Shown here in pieces: positions 38,380-50,139 of a stretch of 64,000 bases of DNA. The position numbers were made by a program, and so were the translations under genes. Origin of the DNA: Squalus acanthias. Lineage: Eukaryota. The stretch lies in NCBI GenBank assembly GCA_030390025.1, contig CM059425.1, positions 164,984,001 through 165,048,000 of the forward strand, written 5' to 3'. The notes under the pieces were generated by a model, which was given only the letters and a program-made list of their open reading frames with translations, made no database searches and was not told the DNA's origin. Each line of letters starts with the position of its first letter. Position 1 is the first letter of the stretch.

Positions 38380-39105
38380 AACATAGAAACATAGAAACAT
38401 AGAAAATAGGTACAGGAGTAGACCATTCGGTCCTTCGAGCCTGCACCGCCATTCAATGCATTCATGGCTGAACATGCTACCTCAGTACCCCATTCCTGCT
38501 TTCTCGCCATACCCCTTGATCCCCTTAGTTGTGAGTGTTATATCTAACTCCCTTTTGAATATATTTAGCGAACTGGCCTCAACAACCTTCTGTGGAAGAG
38601 AATTCCATAGATTCACCACTCTCTGGGTGAAGAAGTTCCTCCTCAGCTCAGTCCTAAATGGCTTCCCCTTAATCCTTAGACTGTGACCCCTGGTTCTAGT
38701 TTTCCCTACCATTGGGAATATTCTGCCCGCATCTAATTTGTCTAAACCAGTCAGGATTTTAAATGTCTCTATAAGATCCCCCCTCATTCTTCTGAACTCC
38801 AGAGGATACAAGTTCAGTTGACCCAATCTTTCTTGATATGTCAGTCCGGCCATCCCAGGAATCAATCTAGTGAACCTTCGCTGCACTCCCTCAATAGCAA
38901 GAATGTCCTTCCTTAAGTTAGGAGACCAAAACTGCGCACAATACTCCAGGTGTGGCCTCACCAAGGCCCTGTACAACTGCAGCATCACCTCCCTACTCCT
39001 GTACTCAAATCCCCTTACTATGAAGGCCATCATTCCGTTTGCTTTCTTGACTGCCTGCTGCACTTGCATTCCCACCTTCAGTGACTGATGTACCATGATG
39101 CCCAG
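38380..39105 (-). mobile_element. CR1 3' fragment
   Basis: ORF 38482-39132 gives the ORF2 C-terminus. Tail (acatagaa)3. Confidence 0.92.
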
Positions 39106-39924
39106 TTCAATGTTAATAGTGAAAATGTGCATTTATGCTGGCAATACACTGCAGGTTTTCAACTAGCAACTCTTCCCTCACAAAGATATGTCATCATTAA
39201 CTTTTGCAGTAAAACATTTAGCCAATATTGGTTGATGCCAGAAGCACAGTAACACTGCACAATATAATCCAGTATATGTAAACTTAGCTGTACTATGCCA
39301 GACAGTGATAATTGTCCAATATTTTTTCAAGCATTGGTCCAGATGAGCTGTGTTTGGTATTCCAGTCAGACCATACTTGGAGTGTTGTGCCTAATTCTTG
39401 CCACTGGGACACAAAGGAGACATTCAAGCCCTGCAGAGAAGGTTCATGTGACAGATAGCTTGCGTCAGAGGACTGAGTTGTGATGAAAGACTGGGGAACC
39501 TTAAAATTTTCAGTTTTGAAAGGCGATAACTAAAAGGGACTATCATAACGTTATTTAAAAAAAGTAAATTTTATTAAAAAGATAAATACAGAATATCACT
39601 TAAAATTAAGGTGTGACAGTAGGTCAAAGAGGCATATGTTGAAATTAGTGAAAGGCAAAGTTAGGACTGATGGAAGTTCTACTTCACACAAAGAATGATC
39701 AATGCATGGAATGTACTTCTGGTATGGTAGTGAAGGCAAAAGCTCTGGAATAATTTAAGGAACATTGTGACTCCTGACAACAAAACGGAAGCTACCGGAA
39801 GCTGCACAGAAGCATTCTTCCCATAACTGTCAGGTCCCACATTTTAAAAATAACGTTCACCACAACAGACGGAGGAGCTGAGAACTGCCGAAGCACATCA
39901 CTAATAAAGTTTCATTACGTTCAC

Positions 39925-42685
39925 CTGAACCGTGCTGGGACCAGTGTTCTGGCGAGTCATATAACTAGGGTGGTAGAGAGGGCTTTAAACTAAATAGTGG
40001 GGGCAAGGGATCAAATTTGGGAAGATGTGGTAAATCAAACAGTAGAGGCAAGGCAAGAGAGAAAGGTATTAATATGGGAAATGATAAACAGACCGTGACA
40101 GGAAGGGATAGAGAGTACAAATCTAAGAGTAAATCAACAGATAAGGCTAGAGGTTACAAAAATAATAAAAGGACTAAACGAAAGGCTCTGCATCTGAATG
40201 CACGTAGCATTCGAAACAAAACAGATGAACTGATAGCGCAAATAGAAATAAATAAGTATGATCTGATAGCCATTACAGAAACATGGCTGCAGGATGACAT
40301 AGATTGGGACCTGAATATTGAAGGGTACATGACATTTAGGAAGGACAGGAAGCTAGGAAAAGGTGGAGGGGTGGCTCTGTTAATTAACGATGGTATTAGC
40401 ACAATAGAGAGGGATGACCTAAGTTCAGAAAACCAGAATGTAGAAGCGGTTTGGGTAGAGATGAGAAATGATAAAGGCAAGAAGTCACTTGTGGGAGTGG
40501 TGTACAGGCCCCCTAATAGTAACCACATGGTAGAATGGAGTATAAAGGAAGAAATAATGGGAGCTTGTCAGAAAGGTATGGCAATAATCATGGGGGATTT
40601 TAATCTACATATAGACTGGAAAAATCAGATGGGCAAAGGTAGCCTAGATGAGGAGTTCATAGAATGTTTTCGGGATAGTTTCTTAGAACAGCACGTTCTG
40701 GAGCCAACCAGAGAGCAGGCTATACTAGACCTGGTATTGTGCAACGAGATAGGATTAATTAATGCCCTCATAGTGAAGGTGCCCCTAGGTAGCAGCGATC
40801 ATAATATGATTGAAATTTACATTCAGTTTGAGGGAGAGAAGAGTGGGTCCAAGACTAGTATTTTAAACTTAAATAAGGGCAATTATGAGGGCATGAAAGC
40901 AGAGCTAGCTAAAGTGAACTGGCAAATTAGGTTAAGGGATAGGTCAATAGAGTTGCAGTGGCAGACATTTAAGGGATATTTCAGAATACACAGAATATAT
41001 ACATTCCAACGAGAAAGAAAAATTCCAAGGGGAGGACCCACCATCCGTGGTTAACTAAAAAAGTTAAAGATTGTATTAGACTTAAAGAAAAAGCATATAA
41101 TTGCGCAAAAATGGGTGGCAGGTCAGAAGATTGGACACAATATAAAAAACAACAAAGAATGACTAAAAGATTAATAAGGAGAGAAAAATTAGAGTACGAG
41201 AGAAAGCTAGCTAGAAATATAAAAATAGATAGTAAGAGTTTCTATCGATATTTAAAAAAGAAAAGAGTTAACAAAGTGAGGTTTGGTCCTATAGAAAGTG
41301 AGTCTGGGGAATTAATAATGGAAAATAAGGAGATGGCAGTTGAATTGAACAGGTATTTTGCATCGGTCTTCACTATAGAGGATACAAGTAACATCCCAGA
41401 AATAGCTGTAAATCAGGAAATGGAAGGGAGGGAGGAACTCAAGAAAATTACAATCACCAGGGAAGTGGTACTGAGCAAATTGTTGGAGCTGCGGGCTGAC
41501 AAGTCCCCGGGTCCTGATGGACTTCATCCTAGGGTCTTAAAAGAAGTGGCTAATGAGATAGTTGATGCATTGGTTTTAATTTTCCAAAATTCCCTAGATT
41601 CGGGGAAGGTTCCATTAGATTGGAAAACAGTGAATGTAACTCCTTTATTCAAAAAGGGAGGGAGACAGAAAGCAGGAAACTACAGGCCAGTTAGCTTAAC
41701 ATCTGTCATAGGGAAGATGCTAGAAGCTATTATTAAAGACGTTATAGCAGGGCACTTAGAAAAGTTCAAGGTAATCAGGCAGAGTCAACATGGTTTTGTG
41801 CAAGGGAAATCATGTTTAACCAATTTATTGGAGTTCTTTGAGGAAGTAACATGTGCTGTCGATAAAGGGGAACTGGTCGATGTACTGTACTTAGATTTCC
41901 AGAAAACATTTGATAAGGTGCCACATCAAAAGTTATTGTGGAAAATAAAAGCTCATGGTGTAGGGGGTAACATATTGGCATGGATAGAAGATTGGCTAGC
42001 TAACAGTAAACAGAGAGTAGGCATAAATGGGTCATTTTCTGGTTGGCAAGATGTAACGAGTGGTGTACCACAGGGATCAGTACTGGGGCATCAACTTTTT
42101 ACAATTTATATAAATGACTTAGATGAAGGGACCGAAGGTATGGTTGCTAAATTTGCTGATGACACAAAGATAGGTAGGAAAGTAATTTGTGAAGAGGACA
42201 TAAGGAGGCTACAAAGGGATATAGATCTGGCAAATGGAGTATAATGTGGGTAAATGTGAAATTGTCCATTTTGGCAGTAAGAATAAAAAAGAAGCATATT
42301 ATCTAAATGGTGAGAGATTGCAGAGCTCTGAGATGCAGAGGGATCTGGGTGTCCTAGTGCATGAATCGCAAAAGGTTAGTATGCAGGTACAGCAAGTAAT
42401 TAGGAAAGCTAATAGAATGTTATCATTTATTGTGAGGGGAATTGAATACAAAAGTAGGGAGGTTATACTTCAGTTATACAGGGCATTGGTGAGACCACAT
42501 CTGGAGTACTGTGTACAGTATTGGTCTCCTTATTTAAGGAAGGATGTAAATGCGTTGGAAGCAGTTCAGAGAAGGTTTACTAGACTAATGCCTGGAATGG
42601 GCGGGTTGTCTTATGAGGAAAGGCTAGGCTTGTATCCGCTGGAGTTTAGAAGAGTAAGCGGTGACTTGATTGAAAATGTAAAATT
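39925..42685 (+). mobile_element. CR1 LINE: ORF1 end plus frameshifted ORF2 (APE endonuclease and RT)
   Basis: ORF 40017-41054 (NARS, AITETW, YRPP, GDFN, SDHN), plus ORFs 41111-42244 and 42234-42698. Confidence 0.93.
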
Positions 42686-43265
42686 AAAGCAAAATTAAAG
42701 CACATGGGATTGGGGGTAATATACTGGCATGGATTGAAAATTGGTTAACAAACAGGGAACAGAGAGTAGGAATAAATGGGTCTTTTTCGGGGTGGCAGGC
42801 GGTGACTAGTGGGGTACCGCAGGGATCAGTGCTTGGGCCCCAGCTATTCACAATATATATCAATGATTTGGATGAGGGAACCAAATGTAATATTTCCAAG
42901 TTTGCTGACGACACAAAACCAGGTGGGATTGTGAGTTGTGAGGAGAATGCAAAGAGGCTTCAAGGCGATTTAGACAAGTTGAGTGAGTGGGCAAATACAT
43001 GGCAGATGCAGTATAACGTGGATAAATGTGAAGTTATCCACTTCGGTAGGAAAAACATAAAGGTAGAGTATTATTTAAATGGTGATAGATTGGGAAATGC
43101 TGATGTACAAAGGGACCTGGGTGTCCTTGTGCACCAGTCACTGAAAGCAAACGTGCAGGTGCAGCAAGCAGTTAGGAAGGCAAATGGTATAGAACATAGA
43201 ACAGTACAGCACAGTACAGGCCCTTCAGCCCTCGATGTTGTGCCGAGCATTGTCCGAAACCAAGA

Positions 43266-46130
43266 TCAAGCTATCCCACTCCCTATCATTCTGGTGTGCT
43301 CCATGTGCTTATCCAATAACCGCTTGAAAGTTCCTAAAGTGTCCGACTCCACTATCACAGCAGGCAGTCCATTCCACACCCCAACCACTCTCTGAGTAAA
43401 GAATCTACCTCGGACATCCCTTCTATATCTCCCCCCATGCACCTTATAGTTATGCCCCCTTGTAACAGCTACCTCCACCCGAGGAAATAGTCTCTGAACA
43501 TCCCCTCTATCTATCCCCCTCATCATCTTATAAACCTCTATTAAGTCGCCTCTCATCCTCCTCCGCTCTAAAGAGAAAAGCCCTAACTCCCTCAATCTTT
43601 CCTCATAAGACCTCCCCCCCAAACCAGGCAGCATCCTGGTAAATCTCCTTTGCACTCTTTCCAATGCTTCCACGTCCTTCCTATAGTGAGGTGACCAGAA
43701 CTGCACACAATATTCCAAATGTGGTCTCACCAAGGTCCTGTACAGTTGTAGCATAACCTCACGGTTCTTAAACTCAAACCCCTTGTTAATAAACGCTAAC
43801 ACACTATAGGCCTTCTGGATATGAACCCCCAGATCCCTCTGTTCCTCCACGTTCCTCAGAACCCTGCCGTTGACCCTGTATTCCTTATTCAAATTTGCCC
43901 TACCAAAATGAATCACCTCGCACTTATCAGGGTTAAATTCCATCTGCCATTTTTCAGCCCAGCTCTGCATCCTATCAATGTCTCTTTGCAGCTTACAACA
44001 GCCCTCCACCTCATCCACTACTCCACCAATCTTGGTGTCATCAGCAAATTTACTGATCCACCCTTCAGTCCCCTCCTCCAAGTCATTGATAAAAATCACA
44101 AACAGCAGAGGACCCAGCACCGACCCCTGTGGCACACCGCTGGTAACTGGTCTCCAGTCCGAAAATTTTCCATCCACCACCACCCTCTGCCTTCTATGAG
44201 ATAGCCAGTTACTTATCCAATCGGCCAAATTTCCCTCTATCCCACAACTCCTTACTTTCTTCATGAGCCGACCATGGGGAACCTTATCAAACGCCTTACT
44301 AAAATCCATGTATACGACATCAACTGCTCTACCTTCATCTACACACTTAGTTACCTCCTCAAAGAATTCAATCAAATTTGTTAGGCAAGACTTACCCTTC
44401 ACGAATCCGTGTTGACTATCCCTGATTAAGTTGCCTCTTTCCAAATGGTCATAAATCCTATCCCTCAGGACCTTTTCCATTATCTTACCAACCACCGAAG
44501 TAAGACTAACCGGCCTATAATTACCAGGGTCATTCCTATTTCCTTTCTTGAAGAGAGGAACAACATTCGCCACTCTCCAGTCCTCTGGCACCATCCCCGT
44601 GGACAGTGAGGACCCAAAGATCAAAGCCAAAGGCTCTGCAATCTCCTCCCTTGCCTCCCAAAGAATCCTAGGATATATCCCATCTGGCCCAGGGGACTTA
44701 TCGACCCTCAGGTTCTTCAAAATTGCTAAAACATCTTCCCTCAGAACATCTACCTCCTCCAGCCTATCCACCTTTATCACACTCTCATCCTCAAAAACAT
44801 GGCCCCTCTCCTCGGTGAACACTGACAAAAAGTATTCATTCATCACCTCTCCTATCTCTTCTGACTCCATGCACAAGTTCCCACTACTGTCCTTGACCGG
44901 CCCTACCCTCACCCTGGTCATTCTTTTATTTCTCACATAAGAGTAAAAAGCCTTGGGGTTTTTCTTGATCCGACCCGCCAAGGACTTCTCATGCCCCCTC
45001 CTAGCTCTCCTAAGCTCTTTTTTTAGCTCATTCCTTGCTACCTTGTACCCCTCAATCGACCCAACTGAACCTTGTTTTCTCATCCTTACATACGCTTCCT
45101 TTTTCCTCTTGACTAGACATTCAACCTCTTTTGTGAACCATGGTTCTCTCACTCGGCCATTTCCTCCCTGCCTGACAGGGACATACCTATCAAGGACACG
45201 CAGTAATTGCTCCATGAAAAAGCTCCACTTTTCGTTTGTGCCTTTCCCTGATAGTTTCTGTTCCCATCTTATGCTCCCTAATTCTTGCCTAATCGCATCA
45301 TAATTACCCCTCCCCCAATTATAAACCCTGCCCTGCCGTATGGCCCTATCCCTCTCCATTGCAATAGTGAAAGTCACCGAATTGTGGTCGCTATCTCCAA
45401 AGTGCTCTCCCACATACAAATCAAACACTTGGCCTGGTTCATTACCCAGTACCAAATCCAATGTGGCCCCACCTCTTGTCGGCCTATCCACATATTGTGT
45501 CAGGAAACCCTCCTGCACACACTGTGCAAAAACTATCCCATCCGAACTGTTTGACCTATAAAGGTTCCAATCAATATTTGGAAAGTTGAAGTCACCCATG
45601 ACAACTACTCTGTGACCTCCACACCTATTCATAATCTGCTTTGCAATTTCTTCCTCCACATCTCTATTACTATTTGGGGGCCTGTAGAAAACTCCTAACA
45701 ACGTGACCGCTCCTTTCCTATTTCTAACTTCAGCCCATATTACCTCAGACGGCAGATCCCCCTCGAACTGCCTTTCTGCCGCTGTTAAACTATCCTTGAT
45801 TAACAATGCTACTCCTCCACCTTTCTTACCACCTTCCCTACTCTTACTGAAACATCTATACCTCGGAACTTCCAACAACCATTCCTGTCCCTGTTCTAAC
45901 CATGTCTCCGTAATGGCCACCACATCGTAGTCCCAAGTACCAATCCACGCTCCAAGTTCTCCTACCTTATTCCGGATGCTCCTTGCATTGAAGTAGACAC
46001 ACTTCAAGCCACCTTCCTGTCTGCCGGTACATTCCTGCGACCTTGATACCCTCCTCAGTACCTCCCTACACTCACCACTGGCTCCTGGACTACAGCCCTT
46101 TTTCCCATCCCCCTGACAAATTAGTTTAAA
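43266..46130 (-). CDS. CR1 ORF2: APE endonuclease + reverse transcriptase
   Basis: About 950 open codons with [30 protein letters not shown] short in-frame deletion (DLGVHI^QKAY) is seen relative to other copies. The ORF-track start at 46241 is TTG, not ATG. Confidence 0.92.
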   Translation of the reverse strand, partial: FKLICQGDGKKGCSPGASGECREVLRRVSRSQECTGRQEGGLKCVYFNARSIRNKVGELGAWIGTWDYDVVAITETWLEQGQEWLLEVPRYRCFSKSREGGKKGGGVALLIKDSLTAAERQFEGDLPSEVIWAEVRNRKGAVTLLGVFYRPPNSNRDVEEEIAKQIMNRCGGHRVVVMGDFNFPNIDWNLYRSNSSDGIVFAQCVQEGFLTQYVDRPTRGGATLDLVLGNEPGQVFDLYVGEHFGDSDHNSVTFTIAMERDRAIRQGRVYNWGRGNYDAIRQELGSIRWEQKLSGKGTNEKWSFFMEQLLRVLDRYVPVRQGGNGRVREPWFTKEVECLVKRKKEAYVRMRKQGSVGSIEGYKVARNELKKELRRARRGHEKSLAGRIKKNPKAFYSYVRNKRMTRVRVGPVKDSSGNLCMESEEIGEVMNEYFLSVFTEERGHVFEDESVIKVDRLEEVDVLREDVLAILKNLRVDKSPGPDGIYPRILWEAREEIAEPLALIFGSSLSTGMVPEDWRVANVVPLFKKGNRNDPGNYRPVSLTSVVGKIMEKVLRDRIYDHLERGNLIRDSQHGFVKGKSCLTNLIEFFEEVTKCVDEGRAVDVVYMDFSKAFDKVPHGRLMKKVRSCGIEGNLADWISNWLSHRRQRVVVDGKFSDWRPVTSGVPQGSVLGPLLFVIFINDLEEGTEGWISKFADDTKIGGVVDEVEGCCKLQRDIDRMQSWAEKWQMEFNPDKCEVIHFGRANLNKEYRVNGRVLRNVEEQRDLGVHIQKAYSVLAFINKGFEFKNREVMLQLYRTLVRPHLEYCVQFWSPHYRKDVEALERVQRRFTRMLPGLGGRSYEERLRELGLFSLERRRMRGDLIEVYKMMRGIDRGDVQRLFPRVEVAVTRGHNYKVHGGRYRRDVRGRFFTQRVVGVWNGLPAVIVESDTLGTFKRLLDKHMEHTRMIGSGIA

Positions 46131-47047
46131 CCCCCCCGAAGAGCCGTAGCAAATTTCCCTCCCAGGATATTGGTGCCCCTCTGGTTCAGGTGCAAACCGT
46201 CCTGTTTGTACAGGTCCCACCTTCCCCAGAATGCGCTCCAATTATCCACATAACTGAAACCCTCCCCCCTACACCATCCCTGCAGCCACGTGTTTATCTG
46301 CACTCTCTCCCTGTTCCTCAACTCGCTAGCACGTGGCACCGGCAACAAACCAGAAATTACAACATGGCTTGTACTGGCTCTCAGCTTCCAACCTAGCTCC
46401 CTAAATTCCTGTTTTAAATCCCCGTCCCTTCTCCTACCTATGTCGTTGGTACCGATGTGTACCACGACTTGTGATTGTTCCCCCTCCCCCTTGAGGATTC
46501 TGAAAACACGGTCCGAGACGTCACGGACCCTGGCACCCGGGAGGCAACATACCATCCGTGAGTCTCTTTTGCTGCCACAGAATCTCCTATCTGTCCCTCT
46601 GACTATTGAGTCCCCAATAACTATTGCTCTCCTGCTCTCCCCCCTTCCCTTCTGAGCCACAGGGACGGACCCAGCGCCGGAGATCCGGTCACCGCGGCTC
46701 ACCACCGGTAGGTCGTCCCCCTCAACAGTATCCAAAGCGTTATACCTGTTACTGAGGGGAACGACCACAGAGGATCCCCGCACCGACCGCCTCCTCCTAG
46801 CCCCTCTCACCGTCACCCATCTATCTTCATTCTTTGGAGTAATTACATCCCTGAAGCTTCTATCTATGACCTCCTCTGCCTCCCGAATGATCCGAAGTTC
46901 ATCCAGCTCCAGCTCCAGTTCCCTAACACAGTTTTCGAGGAGCTGGAGATGGGTGCACTTCCCACAGGTGTAATCAGCAGGGACACCGACGGCGTCCCTC
47001 ACCTCAAACATTCTGCAGGAGGAACATTTCACTGCCTCCCCTGCCAT
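46121..47047 (-). CDS. CR1 ORF1: zinc finger / leucine zipper + SGNH esterase
   Basis: CSSC...CGKC, heptad leucines LQLLENCVRELELELDEL, GDS, PGA, HIGTND and DGLH blocks. Confidence 0.93.
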   Translation of the reverse strand: MAGEAVKCSSCRMFEVRDAVGVPADYTCGKCTHLQLLENCVRELELELDELRIIREAEEVIDRSFRDVITPKNEDRWVTVRGARRRRSVRGSSVVVPLSNRYNALDTVEGDDLPVVSRGDRISGAGSVPVAQKGRGESRRAIVIGDSIVRGTDRRFCGSKRDSRMVCCLPGARVRDVSDRVFRILKGEGEQSQVVVHIGTNDIGRRRDGDLKQEFRELGWKLRASTSHVVISGLLPVPRASELRNRERVQINTWLQGWCRGEGFSYVDNWSAFWGRWDLYKQDGLHLNQRGTNILGGKFATALRGGLN

Positions 47048-47374
47048 CCCCTCTAGCCAACTTGCGGATTAAACTAGAACAGATTTAAACCAATCCACTG
47101 TTTTGTCTATTCCGGGGCGGATCAGTTGTTGTCACCGAAGTAATCGGCTTCCCACAATAGCTACAGAATCCCGGGAATACCTGCACCCTCCAGGGAATGA
47201 GTTGCCGTGATCTTGACATTTACATTGTAATTATTTCTGTGGTGCCCAAGTTTAATATTCTCCTGAGACTCGTATTCCAATCCAGTTACAGTCCTATGCT
47301 GTGAGTGTGTGGGTGTGTCTGGTACAGTGGGTGTGACAGGCACTATGTCTGTGAGTGGGACAAATAAGATTTAT

Positions 47375-47505
47375 CAGAGTAAAAGAGCGGGAACCGGCGC
47401 AGTTTAAAAGGAGCCCCGCAGAGTAAAAGAGCGGGAACCGGCTCAGATTAAAAAAAAAGCCCCGCAGAGTAAAAGAGCGGGAACCGGCTCAGTTTAAAAG
47501 AAGCC
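47375..47505. repeat. Three tandem 44-46-bp units at the CR1 5' end
   Basis: cagagtaaaagagcgggaaccggc(g/t)cag..taaaa..agcc starts at 47375, 47419 and 47465. Confidence 0.9.
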
Positions 47506-48531
47506 TTTATTGCAAGAGGATTTGAGTACAGGAGCAAGGATGTCTTACTACAGTTATACAGAAATCTTTTCTCACAAAGGGTCGTGAATCTTTGGAACTC
47601 TCTTCCTCAGAGGACAGTGGAAGAAGAGTCTTTGAATATTTTTAAGGCAGAGGTAGATAGATTCTTGATAAGCAAGGGGGTGAAAGGTTATTGGGGGTCG
47701 GCGGGATTGTGGAGTAATCAGATCAGCCATGATCTTATTGAATGGCAGAGCAGGCTCGAGGGGCCGAGTGGCTTACTCCTGCTCCTAATTCGTATGTTCG
47801 TATGTTAGAGATTCCCAATCTACCGTCCCCACAACTGTTAGAGGAATCTCCGAATGCTTCTAGTCTCAGAAAAGTAATTTGCAAAATATTAACAAACCCA
47901 ACTACCCGTAGGCAAAATAGACGGTGCTGGGGCCAAACTATCCCCCATCTGAAAACTGCCGACTCTGACCAACCACAATTTAGTGCACAAACAAGTGGCT
48001 GATACCTGAATACATTCTACAATTCACAGAATTAATAAATTAAACTACAACTGAACAAGATTTATTTTTTATCCCTTTCTTTATTCCTTATTTTGGGAAG
48101 TCCGGCGACAACAAACAAACAAAAAACACTGGAACTGCGCATCCGCAACTACTTCCGGTTTGTTGGCAGCAGTCGCGTCCTTGAAGGAACAGCTTGATGC
48201 TGAGATGGGAATTGGTTCTTTCTGAATGGATGAGCTAGAATGGCCTTCCTCATCTGTAAGTATCTTGTAATTTTGTATGATAAAGATCAGAACTTAATCA
48301 ATCCTTCTCCCATGTGCAGATTGTAAAATAAATTTACTGATTCAATCAAACCAGTGGAAGACCCAACCCAAGATAATTCCATAGGTTGAGATCTAAGACG
48401 TATCTTTGAATAGAGGATTGCAGGTGAAGAAGGGGTCTTCCACTGGTATTGAGATGGAGAACATATTGGACTGGCTTTTGCTGTAGAAATAATGGTGAGG
48501 CTAACAGCGCTCACCATTATTAAAATGTAAA

Positions 48532-49170
48532 TTGGACAAAAATTTTCGGCGACTGCGCATGCACAGTTAAATGAGGAAATCAGGAAGTTGCTGTCCGAGT
48601 TGCCCTGCTCTTTCAGAAGCTGTGCAGGAATGGTATCTCGCCGAGAGACTTGGCATTGAAATGCATGGTGTGAAGTCGCTGTACTTGTGTGATATATATC
48701 CGTGTAACTCGCCAGAAAAACTTAGGGCTTGTCCATTCCAGTGTAAGTAAATTTTTTACAGCATGATATGTCTTGATTACTGCCGAACAACCTCTCTGGC
48801 ACTAAAAATTAACTGTTACAAGTGTGGAATATCATTCCTTCAGATTTTAATTATTGTTGGAGATTTTAAAATAGTTAAAAAAGTTAAAGATTTTTTTAAC
48901 TTTTCCTTTCTCTTTTTTTCTCTCTGAATCCCATCTTTCTTTCCCTCTCTTTATTTTGCTTTCTGTATCTGATTTGATATTGATTTAAATATTCTAAATG
49001 TCACTTCCTGGTTCAGACTCTGCATGATCATTAATGATTCTTCAATCTGATTGGTTAAGGAGATACACAGTTGCTTTCCCTGTTCACTCAGGTCCCAGAT
49101 CCCCTGGAGAGGGCACCATGCCTTTTTGGCTCTCTAATTTACTGTAAGTTCCAGTGCAAACTTGCGAATT
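48532..49170. mobile_element. Old DNA-transposon-like interspersed repeat, with an inverted relative at ~9060-9700
   Basis: Partial reverse-complement similarity by eye between 9210-9500 and 48760-49080. Family unassigned. Confidence 0.45.
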
Positions 49171-49507
49171 TGCACACAGCAAGATCCCACACACACCAAT
49201 GAGATAATAACCAGATACTCTGTGTTCTAGTGATGTTGGTTGAGGGATAAATGTTGGCCCCTGCTCTTCTTCGAAATAGTGCCATGGGATTATTTACGTC
49301 CACCTGAAAGGGCAGACAGGGCCTCGGTTTAACATCTCACCCAAAAGGTGACTCTCAATCTGTTGCTAAATTTGAAAGTTATGTGAAGTCATCTCCAGTC
49401 TTCATCACTCAAATGAAATTTTAAATTGTTGTCATGTTTTGAGATTTTTTTTACCTATTTGGCCCAGAAGGTAATAAAGCTGAATACCTTACTGTAGTAC
49501 ATGTTTT

Positions 49508-49526
49508 GAGCCAGCAGGGGGAGATA
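49508..49526 (+). promoter_or_regulatory. Candidate CTCF site
   Basis: GAGCCAGCAGGGGGAGATA closely resembles the CTCF core CCASYAGRKGGCRC. Motif match only. Confidence 0.35.
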
Positions 49527-49821
49527 TAACATTTACATAATATTAGAGCTTCCTCCAGTAGAAGAAGCCGGACAGTCACAAGCAGATTTCTACATTTTGC
49601 CTTAGGACCTAAATATTATGACATTAAGAATATTAGAAAAGTCAAAGATTAGATCCTAACTGTAGAAACTTATTCCTCAAGTACAGTGGAAGCCAACTGA
49701 CAGTTTTCCAACCTGCATGTGACTGTTCTGTGACTGTTCTGTGGCTGAAGTGCAGTTCTTTGAATGCATTGTTTAGCACCTATCAATGTTCTCAATTTCA
49801 ATGAGAGATGCAGAATAACAA

Positions 49822-50125
49822 ACTTGGCTTAGTGGTAGCACTCTCTGACTCGAAGTCATGGGTTCAAGCCCCACTCCAGAGACTTGAGCACGTAATCTAG
49901 GCTTTACTACAATACTGAGGGACTGCTGCACTGTCGGACGATGGCAATTTTCAATGAAGAGCAGGGAAGTTCTCACAGTGTCCTGGCCAACATTTATCCC
50001 TCAGCCAACACCATCAGAAACAGATTATCTGGTCATTTATCACATTACTGTTTGTGGAAACTTGCTATGCATAAGCTGGCTATTATATTCCTCTACATTA
50101 CAATAGTGACTACACTCCCAAAAAT
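49822..50125 (+). mobile_element. tRNA-derived SINE (DeuSINE-like)
   Basis: A box TGGCTTAGTGG and B box GGTTCAAGCCC, followed by a body shared with 35885-36157 and 49175-49350. Confidence 0.75.
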
Positions 50126-50139
50126 GTAAGAATACAAGT

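Larger units (their letters stand above)
43190..47502 (-). mobile_element. Essentially full-length CR1 LINE (5'UTR, ORF1, ORF2, tail)
   Basis: Both ORFs are open, there is a (agaacat)n tail at 43190, and the host CR1 resumes at 47503. Confidence 0.95.
42690..47805 (+). mobile_element. CR1 fragment (42690-43190, resuming 47503-47805) hosting the full-length CR1
   Basis: AVRKANG breaks at 43190 and resumes AFIARGFEY at 47503. Tail cgtatgttcgtatgtt. Confidence 0.85.
39759..48180. mobile_element. Putative TTAA-targeting (Kolobok-like) MITE, ~540 bp of own sequence, expanded by ~7.9 kb of nested CR1s
   Basis: Imperfect TIR gtgactcctgacaacaaaacggaag / cttccggtttgttggcagcagtcgc, flanks TTAA and TT(G)AA. 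The old host CR1 (39300-39758) resumes at 48181. Confidence 0.45.

Noticed and set aside
47375..47505. CRISPR-like repeat array
   Set aside because: Head-to-tail units without unique spacers, in a eukaryotic LINE 5' end.
49440..49790. Additional coding exon of the Ig-like fossils
   Set aside because: Translations gave no convincing motif or splice pair.
49822..49880. tRNA gene
   Set aside because: A and B boxes are present but there is no complete cloverleaf, and it continues into a SINE body.
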